A model generated the notes under the pieces. That model searched no databases and was not told where the DNA came from. It saw nothing but the letters and a program-made list of their open reading frames with translations. From Planctomycetia bacterium (lineage in GTDB: Bacteria > Planctomycetota > Planctomycetia > Pirellulales > UBA1268), in contig JBJTDB010000069.1 of NCBI GenBank assembly GCA_046092145.1, positions 1-46,069 of the forward strand: a stretch of DNA of 46,069 nucleotides. The letters are read 5' to 3'. Below, piece after piece: positions 38,768-46,069 of the stretch; within the stretch, counting starts at the first letter, position 1; each line of letters opens with the position of its first letter. The position numbers and the translations under genes are program-made.

Positions 38768-39268
38768 CTACCGGGTCGATGTCTTTTTCTTCAGGTAGGG
38801 CTGGTAGGCCGCCACGGCCAATTCATCACACCGTTCGTTCTCGGGGTGGCCGGCGTGCCCCGCGACGTGCGTGAAGCGAATGGTATGAGACGAGGCGAGC
38901 CGGTCGAGTTCGCGCCAGAGGTCCTCGTTCTTGACCGGCACGAGCCGCCCCTTCTCCTTCCGCTTCCAGCCCTGCTGTTTCCATTTGGGCAGCCATTCCG
39001 AGAGGCCGGTGCCGACATAGACGCTGTCGGTGACCAGCTCGACGATCGTGGGCCGCTTGAGCTGTGAAAGGCCTCGGACGACGGCGGTGAGTTCCATCCG
39101 GTTGTTCGTGGTGTCGGCCTCGGCGCCGGAGTCGCTGGTCTCCTTGCCGCTGCCGGGGTGCCGGAGGATGAAGGCCCAGCCGCCCGGCCCCGGGTTGCCA
39201 CTGCACGCGCCGTCGGTGAAGAGCACCACCTCGTGGGGGCCTCGGGAGTCGGTCGAACGCGTGTCCAT
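38768..39268 (-). CDS. rnhA: Ribonuclease HI
   Basis: FTDGACSGNPGPGGW, TTNNRMEL, TDS.YV, VKNEDLW, GHAGHPENERCDELA. Confidence 0.98.
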   Translation of the reverse strand: MDTRSTDSRGPHEVVLFTDGACSGNPGPGGWAFILRHPGSGKETSDSGAEADTTNNRMELTAVVRGLSQLKRPTIVELVTDSVYVGTGLSEWLPKWKQQGWKRKEKGRLVPVKNEDLWRELDRLASSHTIRFTHVAGHAGHPENERCDELAVAAYQPYLKKKTSTR

Positions 39269-39295
39269 GCAGGCAGGCTCCTTGTCGTGCTGGTT

Positions 39296-41035
39296 TCAGG
39301 CCGCTTCCACGGGTGCACCCGCCGCGCGAACGGCATCGGCGTCGTCGGCCTGTGGATGCCGCAGCGGGAGCCGAACGATGAAGGTGCTGCCCCGACCGAG
39401 CTGGCTTTCCACCTCGATGTCGCCCCCGAGCAGCCGGCAGAGTTCGCGGACGATCGACAGGCCAAGCCCGGTGCCCGAATACTCGCGGGTCATGGTGTCG
39501 TCGCCGGCCTGGAACGTGCGGCCCTGCCGGAATTTCTCGAAGATCGTCTGCTGCTCCTCCGCCGCGATGCCGACGCCGGTGTCGGCGACCTCCAGGCGAA
39601 TCTGCGGCGGCCTGCCGTCGTCCGGCTCGTCGAGAAAGGCCCGGATGTCGATCCGCCCACCCTCGGGCGTGAATTTGCACGCGTTGGAGAGGAGGTTGGC
39701 GAGGATCTGCTGCACCTTCGGCTGATCCTGGACGACCGCCTCCAGGCCGGGGCCGATTTCGTGCGTGATTTCGAGCCGCTTCCGTTCGGCCAGCGGCCGC
39801 ACCATGTCGCACTGGGCGGAGACGACCGACTCCAGCCGGAAGACGGTCGGCCGAACCTCCATTTTTCCCGCCTCGATCTTCGCGAGGTCGAGGATGTCGT
39901 TGATCATGTCCAGCAGCATCCGTCCGGACGAACGGATGTTGGAGACGTATCGCTTCTGCTTGTCATCGAGTGATTCAATCGACCCGAGCACGTCGGAAAA
40001 GCCGATGATGCTGTTGAGCGGCGTCCGCAGCTCATGGCTCATGGTGGCGAGGAAGTCGCTCTTCAGGCGGTTCATGTCGTAGAGGTGCATGTTGGCCCGT
40101 GCCAGCTCGTCCACCTTCTCGTCGAGCGTTTCGTTGGTCTTTCGCAGTTCCTCCTGCGAGTCGACGAGTCCACGGAGCATGCGGTTGAAGGCGACACCCA
40201 ATTCCTCGAATTCGTCGGCGGTATGGATCTCGGCGCGGGCCTGCACGTTGCCGCGGCGGACCTCGTCGCTGACCTCCCGGAGGTGGTCGAGCGGCTTCAC
40301 GATCACATAGCGCACGATCGCGTAGGCGGCGAGCATCGCGAGGAAGACGGTCATGATCGCCGTGGCGAGGAGGATCGCGCGGTTCCAATTGATCGCCTTC
40401 TGGGTGGCCGAGTCGGGCATCACCACCTTCACCACCGCCATCAGGTCGCCCTCGGCGAGTTTCTCACGGGGCTCGTCGGGTTCGGCCGCCGCCTGCTCCG
40501 TGGTGAGCCCCTTGTATTCGTGGCAGATGAGGCAGCTCTGGCGGGCCCGTACCGGCTGGTAGTAGTGGTATTCCGAATTGTCGGCGGTGCGGAATTCGCG
40601 GTATTCGTTGGTCGGTCGCGGCGGGCCGCCGGCCGTGGGCGTCGGATCGGCCACGCCCGGTGCGGGCCGTTGGGTGAAGTAGTCGAGCACGGCCGCATCG
40701 AGCTGTGTGTAGGCGGTCCGCTCCTCGGGCGTCGCCGACGGCTCCAGCATCCGCCAGCCATAGGGCTGGCTTTGCAGCGTGCGGCCGAGTGTTTCGATGA
40801 GATTCGTGTATCGCTGGTCGGCCTCGAGGGTCTTCCAGTGGTAGTGGAGCATGATCGCATCGACGAGATGGCGGCCCGTGCTGCGGGTCGTCGTGTAGAC
40901 CAGTTCCTCCGTGCGGCTGCCGTACCACCAGAAGCTCCCGGTGATGAGCACGAACAGGCAGAGGCCGAACAGGAGCCGGCATTTCCGCTCCAGGCTCGTC
41001 TCGCCGAGGATGTCTTTGAACGATCGATACGACAT
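39296..41035 (-). CDS. Membrane sensor histidine kinase: periplasmic domain with CxxCH (DUF3365-like), HAMP, HisKA, HATPase
   Basis: Two TM segments flank YYQPV..RQSCLICH; KPL..L...DEFEEL..AFNRM (HAMP); FLATMSHELRTPLN; NLLSNACKFT; DTGVGI; GTGLGL. Start 41035 is inferred. Confidence 0.93.
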   Translation of the reverse strand: MSYRSFKDILGETSLERKCRLLFGLCLFVLITGSFWWYGSRTEELVYTTTRSTGRHLVDAIMLHYHWKTLEADQRYTNLIETLGRTLQSQPYGWRMLEPSATPEERTAYTQLDAAVLDYFTQRPAPGVADPTPTAGGPPRPTNEYREFRTADNSEYHYYQPVRARQSCLICHEYKGLTTEQAAAEPDEPREKLAEGDLMAVVKVVMPDSATQKAINWNRAILLATAIMTVFLAMLAAYAIVRYVIVKPLDHLREVSDEVRRGNVQARAEIHTADEFEELGVAFNRMLRGLVDSQEELRKTNETLDEKVDELARANMHLYDMNRLKSDFLATMSHELRTPLNSIIGFSDVLGSIESLDDKQKRYVSNIRSSGRMLLDMINDILDLAKIEAGKMEVRPTVFRLESVVSAQCDMVRPLAERKRLEITHEIGPGLEAVVQDQPKVQQILANLLSNACKFTPEGGRIDIRAFLDEPDDGRPPQIRLEVADTGVGIAAEEQQTIFEKFRQGRTFQAGDDTMTREYSGTGLGLSIVRELCRLLGGDIEVESQLGRGSTFIVRLPLRHPQADDADAVRAAGAPVEAA

Positions 41036-41157
41036 GGTCAGTGAATTTCCTTCCCAGATCGTACCCGCTGCCGAGGCTTGCCAGAAAGCCGCATCCTGCC
41101 TCGCTTCGTTCGTGACAGACCCATTCCGGAAGAGTGGGGAATGGCTGCAGGGCCTCT

Positions 41158-41186
41158 TCAAGACCCCGGTCGCCAGCGGTCGATCT
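41158..41186 (+). promoter_or_regulatory. Third TCAAG-N16-GNCGAT site (putative sigma-28 promoter) upstream of the kinase-like gene
   Basis: TCAAG 41158-41162, 16-nt spacer, GTCGATCT 41179-41186; intergenic and oriented toward 41239. Confidence 0.45.
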
Positions 41187-41238
41187 CCCGATGACCGGTG
41201 GCAACGGCCGGGGGACACCGACAGTGGGGGCAGTGTGC

Positions 41239-42108
41239 ATGAGCGTGACCATGAGGGTGGTGGGCGACGATTCCTGGCCCGTGCCGCAGACGTCGTCGCG
41301 CCCGCGGCCGCCGCTGTTTCGGGCACTGGGCCCCGACGAGCCTCCAGCCGAGGTCGAGATCGACGGCGAAACCTTTCGTCGCATCGAAGTGCTCAAGCAT
41401 GACTCGTGGGCGGCCAGCGGCATCTACGCCTCTCCGACCCGCCGTACCCTCTGCAAATTCAATCGACGCCAGCGGGTTGCCGTCGTGCCGATGGGCTGGC
41501 TCGGGAGGCTGCTGGCGGCCCGGGAGCAGTCCTTTCACGACCGGCTTCATGGCATCCCCGGCATCCCGGCCTCTCTCGGTCCCGTCCGGCTCGACGGCCG
41601 CGTGCTACCCAACGCCATCGCAAGAGAGTTCATCGACGGCCACGCGCTCGAGGAGCGGGAATGGGTTGACGACGCCTTCTTCCCCCGGCTCCGAAGGCTA
41701 CTGGCGGAGGTGCACCGTCGCGACGTCGCCCATGTCGATCTGCACAAACGGGAAAATATCCTCGTGGGTGACGATGGCAGGCCGTTCCTGATCGACTTCC
41801 AGATCTCGTTCGCGCTGCCGCGGTTTCCGCTGGTCGGCCCGCTGCTGCGACCCCTGCTCACGGTGCTGCAGCGGTCGGACGACTACCATCTGCTCAAGCA
41901 CAAGATCAAGCATCGCCCGGACCAATTCTCCGTGGGCATGCGCGACCTGGAACAGCTCCGGCCCTGGTGGATTCGGGCGCACCGCAGCATCGCGGTGCCC
42001 TTTCGCACCTGCCGCCGGCAGTTGCTCGTCTGGCTCGGCATTCGGTCGAAGAGCGGCCACGCACACAGCGAGGCTTTCCCCGAAATCGCGCACCGTCGGG
42101 CGGCGTGA
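41239..42108 (+). CDS. Atypical protein-kinase-like (RIO/Kdo-kinase-like) hypothetical protein
   Basis: TLCKF (ATP lysine), REFIDG, VAHVDLHKRENILV (catalytic loop), LIDFQI. Start uncertain (41239, 41251 or 41281). Confidence 0.8.
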   Translation: MSVTMRVVGDDSWPVPQTSSRPRPPLFRALGPDEPPAEVEIDGETFRRIEVLKHDSWAASGIYASPTRRTLCKFNRRQRVAVVPMGWLGRLLAAREQSFHDRLHGIPGIPASLGPVRLDGRVLPNAIAREFIDGHALEEREWVDDAFFPRLRRLLAEVHRRDVAHVDLHKRENILVGDDGRPFLIDFQISFALPRFPLVGPLLRPLLTVLQRSDDYHLLKHKIKHRPDQFSVGMRDLEQLRPWWIRAHRSIAVPFRTCRRQLLVWLGIRSKSGHAHSEAFPEIAHRRAA

Positions 42109-42193
42109 GCCGGCCTCTCTCCGGTCGCCCTCGCCGCCGCGTCCCTGTCTCACAATGCGTCGCTGTGTTCGAGATTGCGGCGACGTGATGGCC

Positions 42194-42339
42194 GCGGCTC
42201 GGGGCTGCCCACGCCCTCTCTCCGGACGTTCGCTTCGGGCATCCCTGCCCTTCGTTCACTCGGAGGTGGCTGCGCTCCCGCCCTCCGGGCTGCGCTGGCC
42301 ACCTACGCCGGCTCGAGAGCGTGGGCAGCCCCTCGCGGA
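42194..42339. repeat. Full copy of repeat family B with 14-bp terminal inverted repeats
   Basis: ggggctgcccacgc (42201-42214) / gcgtgggcagcccc (42319-42332). Interior aligns with ~9629-9720 with compensatory stem changes. Confidence 0.85.
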
Positions 42340-42418
42340 GGATCCATAGCCGGCACGCGGTTTGCTATCCTACGCCGGTCAGGGGCCACAGGATCGATCA
42401 GCCCGTCTGGAGGCAGTC

Positions 42419-44731
42419 ATGGATACCCGCGACGTGGATACCCGCTTCTTCGGTCGCTCGACCGTCCGCACGAAGGCCCGCGACGCCCGCCGTGCCCGCC
42501 CGCTCGCCGAGGAGCGGCTCGAGCCTCGCATGCTCATGGCGGTGGATACGACCTCCTCATTCGCGGTGAATCGGATCGTCTGGAACGGCGACGTCGTGAA
42601 TGCCCGTGCCGATGCGTGGATCGTGCGGTCAGAGGCCCAGCCGGCCGCGATTGGCGTGCGCAGCGGTTGGCAGACGGCGTCTCTTGGCGACGGGTTTCTC
42701 TCGCTCGTCGCTCCAGGGGCGTCTGCGAACGACGTCCTCGGCTGGGCACGATCCACCGCCGGCGTCCGCTCCGTCGAGCCGGATCGTGTCGTCACCGCCT
42801 CGGCGACCCTGCCCAACGATCCATCTTTCAATCGGCTCTGGGGTCTCCAGAACGCCGGCCAAACCGGTGGGCTCGCCGATGCCGACATCGATGCCCCTGA
42901 AGCGTGGGATGTCACGACCGGCTCGCGATCGGTCGTCGTGGCCGTCGTCGATACAGGCGTCGACTACAACCATTCCGATCTCGCCGCGAACATGTGGCGC
43001 AACCCCGGCGAGACTGCGGGCGACGGCATCGACAACGACGGCAACGGGTTCGTCGATGATGTCTTCGGTTGGAATTTCGTCACGAACACGGCCAATGTCT
43101 TCGACGACAATTCCCACGGCACGCACGTCGCTGGCACGATCGGGGCGGTCGGCTCCAATGGTGCGGGTGTGGTGGGCGTCAACTGGCAGGTGTCGATCAT
43201 GGCGCTGAAGTTCCTCGACGCGAGCGGCAGCGGCACGACGAGCGCCGCCATCGCGGCGCTCAACTACGCCACGATGATGCGTCGGACCTACGGCGTGAAC
43301 ATCGTCGCGACGAACAACAGCTGGGGTGGCGGCGGCGCCTCGACGGCGCTCCGCGACGCGATCACGGCCGGTGGCAACGCGGGCATTCTCTGCATCGCCG
43401 CCGCCGGCAACGACAGCACCAACAACGACTCCGTCGGCCACTATCCCTCCAACTCGGTCGGCACCTGGGGCATTTCCGTGGCCGCCACCGACTCCTCGAA
43501 CCGGCTCGCGTCGTTCTCGAACTACGGGGCGACGACCGTCCACGTCGCCGCTCCGGGCGTCGGGATCTACTCGACGACTCCCAACAACACCTACGCGAGT
43601 TACAGCGGCACGTCGATGGCCACGCCGCACGTCACCGGCCTCGTGGCGCTCATGGCGGCCGCGAACCCGCAGGCCACCGCCGCCCAGATCCGCTCGACGA
43701 TCCTTTCGACGGTGACGGCCGTCTCCGGGCTCGCCGGCACATGCTCCTCAGGCGGCATCATCAATGCCGCGGCCGCCGTGCAGGCGATGCGGGGCACGAC
43801 ACCGACCGAGCCCTCCCCGGTCGCCGACATCATCGATGTGACCCCCGACCCTCGCACGACGTCGGTCGGCGCCGTGCTCGTGCGTTTCGACCGGGCCGTC
43901 ACGGGCGTCGATGTGTCCGACCTGACGCTTTCCCGTAACGGCATCAGTGTGCCGCTCTCGGACGCGACCATCACCACCACCGACAACCTGACATGGACGC
44001 TGGCCGGCCTCGACCCGCTCACGGTCACTGCGGGCAGCTACTCGCTCACGCTCAACGCGGCCGGCAGCGGCATCGTGTCGATCAATGGGGGCACGCCGCT
44101 TGCCGTCTCGGCCTCCGATGCCTGGACCGTGCAAGCCGCGAGCCTCGTGGATGCCGGCGATACGATCGCGACGGCGGCCCCGGTGGGCATCACGACCGGG
44201 GACCTGCGTCTTTCCGGCCGGATCGGCGACGGCTCCTTCGGGGCCCGCGATGTCGATCTCTACCGTGTCACGCTCGCCGCGGGGCAATCCCTCGTGATCG
44301 ACATCGACGCCCAGTCGCTTGCCGGCTCCTCGACGCTCGACAGCTACGTCCGCATCTTCAACGCCGCTGGCAGGCAGGTGGCGGCCAACGACGATGCGAG
44401 CGGGTCGCTCGACAGCTATCTCGCCGTGCGGGCGATGACAGGCGGAACCTTTTTCGTCGGTATCTCGGGATACGGCAACGCATCCTACAGCCCGACCCGC
44501 GGAGGCTCAGGCCGCCGGGGCTCGACGGGCGACTACCAGGTGCGGTTCGCGTTCTCGTCGCTGGCGGCCACTGCGGGAGTCGCCCGAGTGGCGGGCTTCC
44601 GGGATGCACGTGGGGCGGCGTCATCACCGGCTGGGCTCGCATCGGCCTTCGCGATGTATGGTGCGAACTGGAACGCAGCCCTTCCTTCCGCCCCGTCGGG
44701 GCAGCGGCCGTTCCGTCGGGCGTCCTGCTGA
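42419..44731 (+). CDS. Secreted S8 (subtilisin-family) serine peptidase with Planctomycete LEPRxLL motif and C-terminal PPC-like domain
   Basis: ERLEPRMLMA; triad VAVVDTG / HGTHVAGTI / GTSMATPHV; oxyanion AAAGN; DVDLYRVTL.AGQ...DSYVRIF...ANDD. GGAGG RBS. Confidence 0.95.
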   Translation: MDTRDVDTRFFGRSTVRTKARDARRARPLAEERLEPRMLMAVDTTSSFAVNRIVWNGDVVNARADAWIVRSEAQPAAIGVRSGWQTASLGDGFLSLVAPGASANDVLGWARSTAGVRSVEPDRVVTASATLPNDPSFNRLWGLQNAGQTGGLADADIDAPEAWDVTTGSRSVVVAVVDTGVDYNHSDLAANMWRNPGETAGDGIDNDGNGFVDDVFGWNFVTNTANVFDDNSHGTHVAGTIGAVGSNGAGVVGVNWQVSIMALKFLDASGSGTTSAAIAALNYATMMRRTYGVNIVATNNSWGGGGASTALRDAITAGGNAGILCIAAAGNDSTNNDSVGHYPSNSVGTWGISVAATDSSNRLASFSNYGATTVHVAAPGVGIYSTTPNNTYASYSGTSMATPHVTGLVALMAAANPQATAAQIRSTILSTVTAVSGLAGTCSSGGIINAAAAVQAMRGTTPTEPSPVADIIDVTPDPRTTSVGAVLVRFDRAVTGVDVSDLTLSRNGISVPLSDATITTTDNLTWTLAGLDPLTVTAGSYSLTLNAAGSGIVSINGGTPLAVSASDAWTVQAASLVDAGDTIATAAPVGITTGDLRLSGRIGDGSFGARDVDLYRVTLAAGQSLVIDIDAQSLAGSSTLDSYVRIFNAAGRQVAANDDASGSLDSYLAVRAMTGGTFFVGISGYGNASYSPTRGGSGRRGSTGDYQVRFAFSSLAATAGVARVAGFRDARGAASSPAGLASAFAMYGANWNAALPSAPSGQRPFRRASC

Positions 44732-44740
44732 CGGTGCTTC

Positions 44741-45067
44741 ATGATGGTGATCCGCCGAATGCTGGACCTGCTCACGACCGCACGATTCGTTGTCGGCGAG
44801 ATCGTCTGGCTTTGCGTTGAACGCGCCGTCGGTCTGCCGAAACCGGCGCGGATCGCATTGGGAGGCATGGCGGTCGCGGTGGCTCTGGTGTCGGGCTTCG
44901 TGATCGTCACCCAGCGGTCCCCTGATTCGTGGCGTCGGGAGAGTCCGACGCCCGATCAGATCGGATATGCCAAGACACTCGGCATCACGATCGACGAGGG
45001 CATCTCGAAAGGCGAGCTTGCCGATCGGATCAAGAGTGCGAAGGAATCTCGGAAGGACACGGATTAG
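44741..45067 (+). CDS. Small membrane-anchored hypothetical protein
   Basis: TM segment [19 protein letters not shown], then [29 protein letters not shown], resembling a small helical domain. Confidence 0.55.
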   Translation: MMVIRRMLDLLTTARFVVGEIVWLCVERAVGLPKPARIALGGMAVAVALVSGFVIVTQRSPDSWRRESPTPDQIGYAKTLGITIDEGISKGELADRIKSAKESRKDTD

Positions 45068-45975
45068 CGATTATTTCGAAGGAACCATGCCTTGGTGTTC
45101 CTTCGCCACTCCTCGCTCACCTCCCATGCCAGGTTCTGGAAAAGAGCGGCATCCTCGGTCGAAACGGCGAGCGTGGCCTTGGGCGTCGTGATTGTGGCCG
45201 GAAGCCCGACAGGGCTCTCCCGGTGGATCACGCTGTAGAACACACATGCTGTGAGATAGGCACCGACGTTGCTGCTGTGATTGCCGTCGGCACGATAGAG
45301 CGGCTTCGCCGGATCGCCGGCCCGGGCCTTCTTCCAGGCTTCACCCACAGGGGCAATTTCTGCGCTCCCCTTGCTGTCATACAGTCGCTCCAGAACGGTC
45401 ATCGCAGCCGCGGAGAGCATGTCGGCGGTGGTGTATCCATTTTCCCTGCCCCACAGTGCATAGAGCATCGGAATTGCATTGCTCGACTTGGCGAGAACGC
45501 CGAACCGTGAGGCGTATTCGCGGTAGCTCTCAGGGGCGTCCTTCGGCTGTGTCGATTGGTCCTGCAAAACGACGAAATCAAACCAATTGGTTTGTGATTC
45601 GGCGATGACGGATGGTGCGGTTCCGGTATTCCAATGGCCCTCGAGGCTCTCCCCGTAGACGTTGACCTGAGAGACCTCGATCTCGGCCTTGCCCATACGT
45701 CGCGACATTTCCGCCACGGCACCGGGGATGTCACCGTAATCGGTATGGCTGTTTCCGATGAAGAGGATGCGGTACGGCAATCCGCGGGGAGGTGGCTCAT
45801 CGAGGAGCCGCTGACGTTTCCAGTTCAGCCGGCTCGTGTTCGCCGCAGACCTTCTCGCGGCATTCAGGGCAGGAAGCGACAGCCCGATCAAGACACCGAT
45901 GATCGCAATGACGACCAGGAGTTCCAGCAGCGTAAAACCGTGTAGGGGCCGGAAGGAGGGTGTACCCTCCTTCAA
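45064..45975 (-). CDS. Prepilin-type N-terminal cleavage/methylation domain fused to an SGNH/GDSL hydrolase domain
   Basis: G|[31 protein letters not shown], then [10 protein letters not shown] (block I), [14 protein letters not shown] (block V). The frame stays open to the window edge; TTG 45975 is a guessed start. Confidence 0.8.
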   Translation of the reverse strand: MKEGTPSFRPLHGFTLLELLVVIAIIGVLIGLSLPALNAARRSAANTSRLNWKRQRLLDEPPPRGLPYRILFIGNSHTDYGDIPGAVAEMSRRMGKAEIEVSQVNVYGESLEGHWNTGTAPSVIAESQTNWFDFVVLQDQSTQPKDAPESYREYASRFGVLAKSSNAIPMLYALWGRENGYTTADMLSAAAMTVLERLYDSKGSAEIAPVGEAWKKARAGDPAKPLYRADGNHSSNVGAYLTACVFYSVIHRESPVGLPATITTPKATLAVSTEDAALFQNLAWEVSEEWRRNTKAWFLRNNR

Positions 45976-46069
45976 AGCGTGAAGTTGTTTGCGACCCCTG
46001 ACACGGAGTTTACGACCATGAAGAAGGATGTTACCGGCGTTGTTACTTTCATCGGCGTCGATCTTCACA

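Noticed and set aside
45972-46052. 26-aa upstream ORF ([26 protein letters not shown]) whose stop overlaps the guessed TTG start
   Set aside because: No RBS or homology evidence, and too close to the window edge to evaluate.

Overview
A high-GC chromosomal window, very probably from a Planctomycete (Pirellulales-like). Support: an LEPRxLL-motif subtilase, a prepilin '[14 protein letters not shown]' protein, alpha2-type GlyRS, futalosine-route menaquinone genes and several Planctomycete-type hypothetical proteins. Most of it is housekeeping: tlpA-like thioredoxin, aminotransferase, clpX, holA-purB, fur, terC, GT4-mnmG-nnrD, accBC, PPi-type pfk, hisDCB, glyQS, comB, ubiE/menG-ubiX-ubiA-mqnE, recG and rnhA. 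No rRNA, tRNA, CRISPR array, integrase or transposase was seen. Four things stand out. (1) An isolated flhA-fliA-flgM cassette with no other flagellar gene nearby; FlhA has a divergent cytoplasmic domain and K->R / D->E changes in its channel motif. (2) A long-spacer sigma-28-like promoter, TCAAG-N16-GNCGAT, upstream of fliA, flgM and a non-flagellar atypical kinase. (3) Two families of structured intergenic repeats built from CATCC/GGATG-loop hairpins, showing covariation plus inverted and collapsed copies. (4) A stand-alone MORC/Hsp90-like GHKL ATPase with an Ig-like domain, a CxxCH sensor kinase apparently co-transcribed with rnhA-recG, and a prepilin-SGNH fusion. All calls come from reading motifs by eye; no database searches were run.
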